Shown here piece after piece: positions 50,871 through 59,990 of a DNA stretch of 64,000 nt. Location of the stretch: assembly GCA_022703055.1 (NCBI GenBank), contig JAKLEP010000002.1, positions 160,480 to 224,479 on the forward strand. The letters are read 5' to 3'. The stretch's first letter is position 1; every line of letters begins with the position of its first letter. This DNA is from Candidatus Omnitrophota bacterium. GTDB taxonomy: Bacteria; Omnitrophota; Gorgyraeia; VGKH01. The position numbers were made by a program, and so were the translations under genes. The notes under the pieces were generated by a model. That model did not search any database. It saw nothing but the letters and a program-made list of their open reading frames with translations, and was not told the origin of the DNA.

Positions 50871-50904
50871 TTTAGTACCTCCTAATTATCATTCTCGCTA
50901 ATAA

Positions 50905-53900
50905 CTAATTTGGACCGCTTGAGCCAGCCTCATTAACCATCCTCATTACTTTGTTGTGGACAACTACATCGTCGGCTATATAGGTATGGTTAGGCTCAAC
51001 CTCCAAATTATATACGTCTACGATAGAATCTTTCGCTTCTATCTTAGTTATCTTCTTTAGTGCTAGCTGTGAATCATCTGAAACCATAATCTTGTCTCCG
51101 ACCTTCAAAGTAGAGGCCTCGACATATTCCTTGCCGTTATATATAGGGTGAATGCCAGTTACATTCAAGGCCCTGCCACCTTCAGTCTCTATGACAAAAT
51201 ATCCTTTCATCATAGGATGAGGGAAGGTTTTGGTTACTTCTGAAGCAACTGTCTTTCCTTCAGGAGTAACGCTTAAGACCTTATCACCAGTCAAGACTTT
51301 CTCAATGGCCTTGGATGTTCCGTCTGCCATAGCAATCTTAGTCCCTGGCAATAAGCATCCTCCGCCGCCTCCACCTGTGGAGTGACGGATAATGTTCGTA
51401 TTCACAAAAGTTGTCATACCAGTTCCAGATACATATACCGCATCAGATAAAGAATCTGTCGCTCTGTTGCGATAGATTTCTGTCCCGGAAATAGTCGTTG
51501 CCTTATTAGAGTTAATATAGATACCGCCGCCCTTACTTGTCGAGCCGTTAGCGACGTTATCTTCAATATCGCAGTTTTCAATGTTAACCGGCGCATTATC
51601 AACTACAATACCACCGCCGTTGCCGGATGTCAATCCGTAAGAGATACCAAAACCTCTAAAAGTAACAAGATTGGTCGCGGCTGCAAAATTGACCACCGGC
51701 GTGGTTAGCGCTTGGCTTTGGCCGCTGATAATTGTATCGTTTGGATTAGCAGATGTACTCTCAACGGTTAATGCCTTATTTCTATTGAAAGTGATCCTTT
51801 CATTATAGATTCCCGGAGCAGCGGTAATCCTGAAATTATTATCCAGGGATGCATAATTAAGCGCCTCTGTTATAGTATTGTAACATGCAACGCAAACTGA
51901 AGAAGCGTTATAGACCTTTACAGGATTGTTGCACCCGGTAACGTTAATATTGACCGTCGCTGTGTTGCTCCACAAAGGTGTAGTGCAGGCATTGCTAACC
52001 CTGTAAGTGAAACTATCAGCCCCTATGTATCCAGCTGTTGGTGTATAGGTGAAGCTACCATTAACAGACAAGGAAAGCGTACCATGCAAAGGATCGCTCA
52101 TTTTCTGCACGCTTCCAAAAGCCCAAGTAGGAGCTTCAGGATTAACATCGTTTATGACAACTCCATTAGAGAAGGTCACTGTTAAAGTGCTATTTTGTGT
52201 AGCGGTATAACTATCATTGACTGCCACTGGTGGATCATCGCAACGCTGGGAAATACTAAGCCTAACCAACGTCACATTACCTTGTGTTCCGCTACCGCAA
52301 TCGCTTACTGGCCTGTAGGTAAACGTATCTTCACCATACCAGTTAGCGCTCGGTACATAAGTAAACGAACCTGGGCCGTATGTATTCATTGTCAATGTTC
52401 CATGGCTAGGACCAGTTACTAAAACTGCTGATGCAGGTTCGCCTCCACCATTATTTGGATCGATATCATTATCCAGTAAGGTAGGCGCATACCCACCAAG
52501 AGACATATCTTCTGCCCCATAATAGTGATCTTCAACGCCTGTCGGAAGTTGGCAGCTATTGACAGTTAAATAAACTGTAGCTACGTTGCTGTATAAGTTA
52601 TTGCAACTGCTGCGCGCCCTGTAAGTGAAGCTATCACTACCGGTATAACCCGTTGTTGGCGTATAAGTGAATGAACCGTTGGTATTCAAAGTCACTGTTC
52701 CATGGGATGGGTCACTATACTTATAAGCAGTTAACGTAACTCCGCCATCAACGCTATAATCATTGGCTAATACACCGGGAGCGGCTACGGTATAAGCAGT
52801 ATTAATCATAACATCGCTGTAGGTATCATTCACTGCTACTGGGTTATCGCAGGCCTTAGCTACAGAGATGTTGCGGCTGACTGTATTGGAATTTACGCAT
52901 CCATCGGTTACTGTGAAGCTGACTGTGCGAGTGGCTGTCGATGGATCCTCCGAGGTATTCCTGTATCTTACTGAACGTAGCGCAAGTTGATAGTTGGCAA
53001 CTGTTGCGCTTCCGGATAGTGTCATGGTTCCAGTGGTTGAGTTCCAGCTACCGGTTATGCCGTTAGCTGTAGTGTATTCTAGAAGATCCTGGTTGCTAGT
53101 ATAATTGGCGGTAATCTGGACCGTGCCGCCAGTTAAATTCGTACTATCAGCATCTGTTACGGTTATGGTGCTAGAAATAACTGTCGCTGACTGGTTCTCG
53201 GTATAGCTTAAAGTACTGGTTTCAATATTAGCTAATACCGGAGCGTCACAGACAGATGCGATAGTAATGTTACGAGTTACTGTATTGGAATCCACACATC
53301 CATCATTAACCTTGAATGTGACTGTACGTGTGGCTGTCGATGGATTCTCCGAGGTATTCCTATATGTTACCGCGCGTAGCGCAAGTTGATAGTTGGCTAA
53401 TGTTGCGCTGCCGGTTAATGTCATGGTACCGGTGGTTGAGTTCCAGCTACCGGTTATGCCGCTGACGCCTGGGAATGCCAGGACATCTTGGCTACTGGCA
53501 TAATTGCTGGTAATCTGGACTGTACCCCCGGTTAAGTTGGTACTGTCTGTATCCGTTACTGTTATACTACCAGTAATCGCTGTAGCTGCTTGATTCTCAG
53601 TGTAAGCCAACGCAGCAGTCTCAATATTAGCTAAGACTGGAGGACTGCAAACCGTACCCACGTTGATATTACGTGTGGCTGTATTGGAATCTAACCCGCC
53701 ATCATTTACTTTGAAACTCACTGTGCGTTGCAAAGTTGATGGATTAGCGGAGGTATTCCTATATGTTACCGCGCGTAGCGCAAGTTGATAGTTGGCAACT
53801 GAAGAGCTGCCGGTTAATGTCATGGTACCGGTGGATGAGTTCCAGCTACCGGTTATGCCGCTGACGCCTGGGAATGCCAGGATATCTTCAGCGCTGGCAT

Positions 53901-56900
53901 AATTGCCGGTGATCTGGACTGTGCCGCCGGCCAAGTTAGTACTGTCAACATCTGTAACTGTGATAGTCGAAGTAATTGCTGTAGCTGCCTGGCCTTCATC
54001 ATAACTTAAAGCACTGGTCTCGATGTTAGCCAAGACTGGTGCATCAGGAACAGATGTTAAACTTATAGCTCTGCTGACCGTGTTAGAACTCACGCATCCA
54101 TCAGTTACTGTAAAGCTGACTGTTCGTTGCAGAGTTGATGGATTCTCCGAAGTATTCCTATATGTCACTGAGCGTAACGCGAGTTGATAGTTGGCTAATG
54201 TTGCGCTACCGGTTAATGTCATGGTACCGGTGGATGAGTTCCAGCTACCGGTTATGCCGCTGGCTGCGGTAAAGGCTAAGACATCTTCAGCGCTGGCATA
54301 ATTGCCGGTGATCTGGATTGTACCGCCGGTTAAATTGGCACTATCAACATCTGAAATAGTAATAGCCGAAGTGATAGCTGTAGCTGCTTGATTCTCAGTG
54401 TAAGCTAATGCGGAAGTCTCAATATTAGCTAATACTGGAGCATCACAAACAGATGTGATAGTAATGTTACGAGTTACTGTATTGGAATTCACACATCCAT
54501 CAGTTACTGTAAAGCTGACTGTTCGTTGCAGAGTTGATGGATTCTCCGAAGTATTCCTATATGTCACTGAGCGTAACGCAGTCTGATAATTAGCTAACGT
54601 TGCGCTACCGGTTAGTGTCATGGTACCGGTGGATGAATTCCAGCTACCGGTTATGCCGCTGACGCCTGGGAATGCTAAGACATCTTCAGCGCTGGCATAA
54701 TTGCCGGTGATCTGGACTGTGCCTCCGGTTAAGTTGGTGCTATCTGTATCTGTTACGGTTATAGCACCAGTAATTGCCGTAGCTGCCTGATTCTCGGTAT
54801 AAGCCAATGCTGAAGTTTCGATATTGGCTAATGCAGGGGCATTGCAGACAGGTGTTATAGTGATATTGCGTGTAACCGTGTTAGAATTCACGCATCCATC
54901 ATTCACTGTGAAACTTACTGTGCGTTGTAAAGTTGATGGGTTAGATGAAGTATTCCTATATGTTACCGCGCGTAGCGCAGCCTGATAGTTGGCTAATGTT
55001 GCGCTGCCGGTTAATGTCATGGTACCGGTGGATGAGTTCCAGCTACCGGTTATGCCGCTGACGCCTGGAAATGCCAGGACATCTTCAGCGCTGGCATAAT
55101 TGCCGGTGATCTGGACTGTGCCTCCGGTTAAGTTGGTGCTGTCAACATCTGTAACTGTGATAGCGCTGGTAATCGCTGTAGCTGCCTGGCCTTCAGTATA
55201 ACCTAAAGCACTGGTCTCGATGTTGGCTAAGACTGGTGCGTCGCAGACAGCTCCCACTGTGATGTTGCGTGTAACTGTATTAGAATCCACGCATCCATCA
55301 TTAACCTTGAATGTAACTGTACGCTGCAAGGTTGATGGATTATCCGAAGTATTCCTATATGTCACTGCGCGTAGCGCAGTCTGATAGGTAGCCAATGTTG
55401 CGCTGCCGGATAGTGTCATGGTTCCGGTGGATGAGTTCCAGCTACCGGTTATGCCGCTGACACCTGGGAATGCCAGGACATCTTCCGCGCTGGCATAATT
55501 GCCGGTGATCTGGACTGTGCCACCTGCTAAACTAGTACTATCAACATCGGAAATTGTTATATTGCTGGTAACCGCTGTGGCTGATTGATTCTCAGTGTAA
55601 GCCAATGCAGCAGTCTCAATATTAGCTAAGACTGGAGCATCGCAAACAGCTCCTATAGTTATACCACGAGATACTGTATTAGAAGATAAAGCACCATCAG
55701 TTACTGTAAAGCTGACTGTTCGTTGCAGAGTTGATGGATTCTCCGAAGTATTCCTATATGTTACCGCGCGTAGCGCAAGTTGATAGTTGGCAACTGTTGC
55801 GCTGCCGGTTAATGTCATGGTACCGGTGGTTGAGTTCCAGCTACCGGTTATGCCGCTGACGCCTGGAAATGCCAGGACATCTTGGCTGCTAGCATAATTG
55901 CCGGTGATTTGGACTGTACCGCCTGCCAAATTGGTGCTGTCGGCATCTGTAACCGTTATGGTACCAGTGATTGCCGTAGCTGCCTGATTCTCAGTGTAAG
56001 CCAATGCAGCGGTCTCAATATTAGCTAATACTGGAGCATTACCAACTGCACCCACGTTTATATTACGAGTTGCTATGTTAGAATTCAAAGCACCATCATT
56101 TACCCTAAAGCTTACTGTGCGCTGCAAAGTTGATGGTGTGGCTGAAGTATTCCTGTAAGTTACTGTACGTAACGCAGCCTGATAGTTGGCAACTGAAGAA
56201 CTGCCGGTTAGTGTCATAGTTCCGGTAGATGAATTCCAGCTACCGGTTATACCGCTGGCAGCTGTGAATTCAAGAAGATCCTCACCGCTGGCATAATTGC
56301 CAGTAATCTGGACTGTACCGCTAGCTAAGTTAGCGCTATCAACATCTGTGGCGGTCATTGTCGTGGTAATAGCTATTGCCGGCTGGCCTTCCGTGTAGCT
56401 TAAAGCGCTGGTCTCAATGTTGGCCAAGACTGGCGCATCAGGTACCGGTTGAACGGTAATCGATGTGGTAGCCGTATTGCTAATTCTACTGGTACTATCA
56501 ATAATATTATAGGTGAAACTATCTCCGCCGTTGTAGTCAGCCGCTGGAGAATATCTGATGGTAAGATTCCCAGTATTTATAGTTGCGGTTCCGTGAGAAG
56601 GCGCACTAACAATACTGTTAATGGTTATAGTATCTCCAGTATCGGGATCGTAGTCATTATTCATAACCGAGAGATTTGTAGGCGTATCTTCATTAACTGA
56701 TAAGCTGTCATTGACCGCTACTGGCGCATCTGGCATGGCATTAAGATTAACCGTTACTGTGGCTGAATTGCTTATCAAATGTGAAGTACTGGAATCTTGA
56801 ATTCTATAGGTAAAGGTATCTGTGGTCCCGTCAAAGTCAGGGTTGGGAACATAATGCAAAGCATCTATAATCTGAGTAACTGTGCCATTTGCCGGTTGAG

Positions 56901-59496
56901 TAAAATCGTAAATGGCAATAGTGTCTCCTGAGTCGGGATCGTAATCAACTCCAAAACCATTATCTAACAAAACAGAAATATCTATAGGGACATCTTCGTC
57001 GGTTGTCGCGGTATCATCTCTTGCCACCGGATTATCAGGAACCGGACTAACTACTAACATTACTTGCGCAAAACCACTGCAAGCACCATAAGTATCGCAT
57101 GCCCTGTAAGTAAAGTAATCCGTGCTGCTGAAATTAGGATTTGGCGTATAAGTAAAAGAACCATCAGCGCCAAACGTGTTTAAGGTTCCGTAACTTGGGC
57201 CAGTTGCACCCGTTCTATCTGCATGTATTGGGTCTCCGTCCGGATCAGAATCATCACTCAATACTCCGGGGGCAGCAACTGTTCTAGGTGTATCCTCAGT
57301 AAGAAAATAACTGTTGTTATTTGCCACAGGAGGATTGTTAGCAGTCACAGTAATCGCAACGTTTAATTTGGCGCTATGCAATCCGTAATAATCAGTAGCG
57401 ATAAAAGTAACGGTGTAAGAACCGGTCGCTGATGGTGTCCAGCTAAAGCTTCCGGTATCTGTGGCATCGTTAAAATTAAAAGTTGCTCCACTGGGTAAAT
57501 TAAATGCACTGATATCAGTCACGTTCAAAGGAGCAACGCCAGTATCTACGCCCGTGACGGTGAAAGTTAAAGTTTCGCCGACACGTTTTGAAAAAGGCCC
57601 AGCTGGGCTGGAACTGATAGTCGGTATACCTCTATCTGCTCTAAGATAAGTACCTGTATTCTTTAAGTTTTGTCTAAATTTCGGCCAAGGCATAGTTGTA
57701 GACGGAGTGGATAAATCCCATATATGGGCGTTTCCGCTCAAGTCTGCAATAGCGGCTCTAAACAAAGTTGTACTCCCCAATGCCCCAACGCTTGGTGAAG
57801 ATAATTCTATTGTCCCCATTCCCGTCTTTGGGAAACCATCAACTGGATCAGCTACGCCATAAGGTGTATCTTGATCATCATGATGATAACCATAGAGATT
57901 GCCATCCCAGCATCCTATGAGCACTTCAACGTCGCCGTCATTGTCAATATCCACCAATGCTGGAGATGAATCATATGCGGTCGACATAGTAACACTGGTC
58001 CTGTCTACCGGCCATCCAACGACTGTAGTACCGTCATGATGCAAAGCATAGACTCCGCCATCAGATGTGCCTGCGACCAATTCAAGATCTTGATTATATT
58101 CTTCAAGGCCTGTTGTGCCATAAAGCGCTAAATTTCCTATAGCAACTGAAGAGGTTGATGCAGCGCTGGTGCCTCCTAATCTCTTAGGCCAACCTAAACC
58201 TGTACCACTCGGCCAGGCTTCAACATAAGTAGCATCTTGATTCAAAGCGTACATATGCGCCGTGCTTGTTACGACAGCGACTTCCAGAATTCCATCGCCA
58301 TCAACATCCGCTAACGCAGGAGAAGAGTTAAAATATCCCTGGCCAGCGGGACGGTCAAAGAATCTACCGTCTGAATTTAGATAACCTACAAAATTTGTCC
58401 CATTATATCTCCATGCGCATAATCTAGTGGAATGTGCGGTTATGATTTCAGGGTAACCGGTTCCGCCAATATTTCCAACCGCAGGAGAAGAGTTGACGAT
58501 ACTGGGATAACCAAAAATAGAACCAATACGTGCCCCGGCATAATTCCAAATGTTGACACCGCCGTTGGTGCCTACTGCGATGATCTCAAGATTGGTATCG
58601 TTGTTGACGTCTTCAAGCACTACAGAGTTATCGATGGAATCATTTGCGGCGCCAGTACTATCCAAGGCCTGAATTGGGAATCCAGTGACAGGATCGGCTA
58701 AGCCATCGCTATTGAGATCCTGCGCATGCCAGACATAGACTTTGCCGTTGGTATTTCCAACCACTACTTCCATGATACTGCCGTCTTTATCCAAATCGGC
58801 TATCGCAGGAGTACCTTTAACAGAAATACCAGCTTCTGTCTGGGCGAATAAACCATTGGATTGAGATGGGAAGAAGCTTCCCCATGTCCCACCGCTATAA
58901 TTCCAAGCATAGATATCGCCGTTATCATCGGCAAAAATCAGCTCTCCTTCAGGATCGGTATCTAAATTGACAATGACTGGCGAAGAATGAATAGGATAAA
59001 CCGGAGATCCGATACTCAATAAACTCATCCCGCCCGGCAAATCTGGTGTTTCATCCGGAAGGCTCCCCTTATAAAGATATGGCTCTCCTGTCTCTTTAAT
59101 CCTGAACCCTATATTGGTGCCTTTGATGTCAGCCTGGCCTAAAAACTCAGGGTTATCCCCTGCTTTGTAATCGACATAGGCTTCATTGAGGCTTACGCCC
59201 AAGGCGGTGTTTATCTGGCTTATGCCGTTAGCAAAGAAATATTTACTGTGGCTGGGGAAATAATCAGCTATTTGGCCTGTCTGAATCTCTGCAAGGCCGG
59301 CCTTGGCCATATCGATTTTCTCTTCTAATGTCGGCTCACTACTACCTCCGCCGCCGCCCCCGTCGCCATCTGCAATCATAAAATTCATCTCGGCTGAGAC
59401 GGGAGCTAAGGCTAAACTCCAACACATCAAGATAACTAGTGGCCGGATTAAGTAAACATGAAACCAGCTTTTTCTATCTTTGATTAGCTTTTTCAT
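50905..59496 (-). CDS. Giant secreted multi-domain adhesin-like protein (2863 aa): FG-GAP/VCBS-type beta-propeller, Ig/cadherin-like domains, 9 x 133-aa repeats, parallel beta-helix, C-terminal Hint/BIL domain
   Basis: AAGGAG SD and an N-terminal hydrophobic signal-like segment. D-x-D/N-x-D-G loops (DLDKDG, DVNNDTNLE, DVDGDGILE, DIDNDGDVE) and WPKFRQNLKNTG fit a propeller. Repeated P-V-A-x-(N/D)-D...SFTYTP units are cadherin/Ig-like. GGGI..D/GGGIYINS beta-helix rungs precede GGGGGGCLLPGT...VVVHN. Confidence 0.85.
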   Translation of the reverse strand: MKKLIKDRKSWFHVYLIRPLVILMCWSLALAPVSAEMNFMIADGDGGGGGGSSEPTLEEKIDMAKAGLAEIQTGQIADYFPSHSKYFFANGISQINTALGVSLNEAYVDYKAGDNPEFLGQADIKGTNIGFRIKETGEPYLYKGSLPDETPDLPGGMSLLSIGSPVYPIHSSPVIVNLDTDPEGELIFADDNGDIYAWNYSGGTWGSFFPSQSNGLFAQTEAGISVKGTPAIADLDKDGSIMEVVVGNTNGKVYVWHAQDLNSDGLADPVTGFPIQALDSTGAANDSIDNSVVLEDVNNDTNLEIIAVGTNGGVNIWNYAGARIGSIFGYPSIVNSSPAVGNIGGTGYPEIITAHSTRLCAWRYNGTNFVGYLNSDGRFFDRPAGQGYFNSSPALADVDGDGILEVAVVTSTAHMYALNQDATYVEAWPSGTGLGWPKRLGGTSAASTSSVAIGNLALYGTTGLEEYNQDLELVAGTSDGGVYALHHDGTTVVGWPVDRTSVTMSTAYDSSPALVDIDNDGDVEVLIGCWDGNLYGYHHDDQDTPYGVADPVDGFPKTGMGTIELSSPSVGALGSTTLFRAAIADLSGNAHIWDLSTPSTTMPWPKFRQNLKNTGTYLRADRGIPTISSSPAGPFSKRVGETLTFTVTGVDTGVAPLNVTDISAFNLPSGATFNFNDATDTGSFSWTPSATGSYTVTFIATDYYGLHSAKLNVAITVTANNPPVANNNSYFLTEDTPRTVAAPGVLSDDSDPDGDPIHADRTGATGPSYGTLNTFGADGSFTYTPNPNFSSTDYFTYRACDTYGACSGFAQVMLVVSPVPDNPVARDDTATTDEDVPIDISVLLDNGFGVDYDPDSGDTIAIYDFTQPANGTVTQIIDALHYVPNPDFDGTTDTFTYRIQDSSTSHLISNSATVTVNLNAMPDAPVAVNDSLSVNEDTPTNLSVMNNDYDPDTGDTITINSIVSAPSHGTATINTGNLTIRYSPAADYNGGDSFTYNIIDSTSRISNTATTSITVQPVPDAPVLANIETSALSYTEGQPAIAITTTMTATDVDSANLASGTVQITGNYASGEDLLEFTAASGITGSWNSSTGTMTLTGSSSVANYQAALRTVTYRNTSATPSTLQRTVSFRVNDGALNSNIATRNINVGAVGNAPVLANIETAALAYTENQAATAITGTITVTDADSTNLAGGTVQITGNYASSQDVLAFPGVSGITGSWNSTTGTMTLTGSATVANYQLALRAVTYRNTSENPSTLQRTVSFTVTDGALSSNTVSRGITIGAVCDAPVLANIETAALAYTENQSATAVTSNITISDVDSTSLAGGTVQITGNYASAEDVLAFPGVSGITGSWNSSTGTMTLSGSATLATYQTALRAVTYRNTSDNPSTLQRTVTFKVNDGCVDSNTVTRNITVGAVCDAPVLANIETSALGYTEGQAATAITSAITVTDVDSTNLTGGTVQITGNYASAEDVLAFPGVSGITGSWNSSTGTMTLTGSATLANYQAALRAVTYRNTSSNPSTLQRTVSFTVNDGCVNSNTVTRNITITPVCNAPALANIETSALAYTENQAATAITGAITVTDTDSTNLTGGTVQITGNYASAEDVLAFPGVSGITGSWNSSTGTMTLTGSATLANYQTALRSVTYRNTSENPSTLQRTVSFTVTDGCVNSNTVTRNITITSVCDAPVLANIETSALAYTENQAATAITSAITISDVDSANLTGGTIQITGNYASAEDVLAFTAASGITGSWNSSTGTMTLTGSATLANYQLALRSVTYRNTSENPSTLQRTVSFTVTDGCVSSNTVSRAISLTSVPDAPVLANIETSALSYDEGQAATAITSTITVTDVDSTNLAGGTVQITGNYASAEDILAFPGVSGITGSWNSSTGTMTLTGSSSVANYQLALRAVTYRNTSANPSTLQRTVSFKVNDGGLDSNTATRNINVGTVCSPPVLANIETAALAYTENQAATAITGSITVTDTDSTNLTGGTVQITSNYASSQDVLAFPGVSGITGSWNSTTGTMTLTGSATLANYQLALRAVTYRNTSENPSTATRTVTFKVNDGCVDSNTVTRNITIASVCDAPVLANIETSTLSYTENQSATVISSTITVTDADSTNLTGGTVQITANYTSNQDLLEYTTANGITGSWNSTTGTMTLSGSATVANYQLALRSVRYRNTSEDPSTATRTVSFTVTDGCVNSNTVSRNISVAKACDNPVAVNDTYSDVMINTAYTVAAPGVLANDYSVDGGVTLTAYKYSDPSHGTVTLNTNGSFTYTPTTGYTGSDSFTYRARSSCNNLYSNVATVYLTVNSCQLPTGVEDHYYGAEDMSLGGYAPTLLDNDIDPNNGGGEPASAVLVTGPSHGTLTMNTYGPGSFTYVPSANWYGEDTFTYRPVSDCGSGTQGNVTLVRLSISQRCDDPPVAVNDSYTATQNSTLTVTFSNGVVINDVNPEAPTWAFGSVQKMSDPLHGTLSLSVNGSFTYTPTAGYIGADSFTYRVSNACTTPLWSNTATVNINVTGCNNPVKVYNASSVCVACYNTITEALNYASLDNNFRITAAPGIYNERITFNRNKALTVESTSANPNDTIISGQSQALTTPVVNFAAATNLVTFRGFGISYGLTSGNGGGIVVDNAPVNIENCDIEDNVANGSTSKGGGIYINSNKATTISGTEIYRNRATDSLSDAVYVSGTGMTTFVNTNIIRHSTGGGGGGCLLPGTKIAMADGTSKAIEKVLTGDKVLSVTPEGKTVASEVTKTFPHPMMKGYFVIETEGGRALNVTGIHPIYNGKEYVEASTLKVGDKIMVSDDSQLALKKITKIEAKDSIVDVYNLEVEPNHTYIADDVVVHNKVMRMVNEAGSSGPN
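50953..51357 (-). other. Hint (Hedgehog/intein) domain, bacterial intein-like (BIL) type, aa 2714-2848 of the giant protein
   Basis: CLLPGTKIAMADGT (block A, Cys1), NVTGIHPIY (block B, T-x-x-H), VYNLEVEPNHTYIADDVVVHN (blocks F/G ending in HN). It is followed by Lys and only 15 further residues. Confidence 0.8.
51376..51927 (-). other. Parallel beta-helix (pectate-lyase-like) region of the giant protein, aa 2524-2707
   Basis: Periodic rungs: ITAAPGIYNERITF, LTVES...DTIISG, GGGIVVDNAPVNIENCDIEDN, GGGIYINSNKATTISGTEIYRN. Confidence 0.55.
52849..56436 (-). repeat. Nine head-to-tail copies of a 399-bp (133-aa) coding repeat inside the giant gene (aa 1021-2217)
   Basis: Each unit begins APVLANIETxAL(A/S)YTE(N/G)Q and ends ...SNT(V/A)(T/S)RNI(T/S/N)xxx(V/A)C(D/N/S). 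Long nucleotide strings, for example gttccagctaccggttatgccgct and ggtaccggtggatgagtt, recur at 399-bp spacing. Confidence 0.9.
57652..59004 (-). other. FG-GAP/VCBS-like beta-propeller region of the giant protein, about aa 165-615
   Basis: Recurrent hydrophobic-strand plus Asp/Asn-rich Ca-binding-like loops (ADLDKDG, EDVNNDTNLE, ADVDGDGILE, VDIDNDGDVE) alternating with aromatic-Gly turns (GKVYVW, GGVNIW, GNLYGY, NAHIWD). Confidence 0.6.
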
Positions 59497-59535
59497 TTTC
59501 TCTTCTCCTTCTTAGAAAATGGTTTTTTTATCAGT

Positions 59536-59949
59536 CTAATATTTACATCCTACCGGCGAAGAACAATAAGGTTCGCCATCCTTAACGCTCAAGTAACCTT
59601 CGACTTGAATAGTCATGGCTGGAGTCTTCTTATAAACAGCTTTCCCAAGATATGCTGGACTAGCCGAAGGATTATCTGCAACACTATAATCCCAACTTCT
59701 TTCATTCAAATCTAAGAAAAGATCAGTGTTGATTGCATTTATATCTGTAGTATATAAATGATAAGTGCCATTTCTTAAGTTATAAACTTTTTGCGCTGCA
59801 TATATGGCCCGAAGGCTGCTTTTTGCTTCGCTGACATCGGCCCTTACAACAACATCTTTATATACTGGCACTGCGATACCGACAGAAACTCCCAGTATCA
59901 CAACAACCACTATCAACTCCATCAATGTTATTGCATTTCTCTTTTTCAT
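59536..59949 (-). CDS. Type IV pilin / pseudopilin-like protein (prepilin-type N-terminal domain)
   Basis: MKKRNA/ITLMELIVVVVILGVSVGIAVP: a basic leader, Glu at +5 and a hydrophobic alpha1-N helix. The C-terminal CSSPVGC is a possible disulfide loop. Start is set at Met14 of the track ORF (ATG 59949); the track start 59988 would add an MILIIMNEMKEKI extension. Confidence 0.7.
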   Translation of the reverse strand: MKKRNAITLMELIVVVVILGVSVGIAVPVYKDVVVRADVSEAKSSLRAIYAAQKVYNLRNGTYHLYTTDINAINTDLFLDLNERSWDYSVADNPSASPAYLGKAVYKKTPAMTIQVEGYLSVKDGEPYCSSPVGCKY

Positions 59950-59990
59950 TATCTTTTCTTTCATTTCATTCATTATTATTAATATCATTC

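Noticed and set aside
50953-51357. Hint domain considered as a true (mobile) intein
   Set aside because: It has no homing endonuclease insert, the +1 residue is Lys, and only 15 residues follow. It sits at a protein terminus rather than inside a conserved host protein, so it is classed as BIL/Hedgehog-like autoprocessing.
52849-56436. Regular 399-bp repeat array considered as a CRISPR or satellite element
   Set aside because: The units are contiguous with no spacers, lie in frame inside one long ORF and translate to a conserved 133-aa domain. It is a coding tandem repeat, not a CRISPR array.
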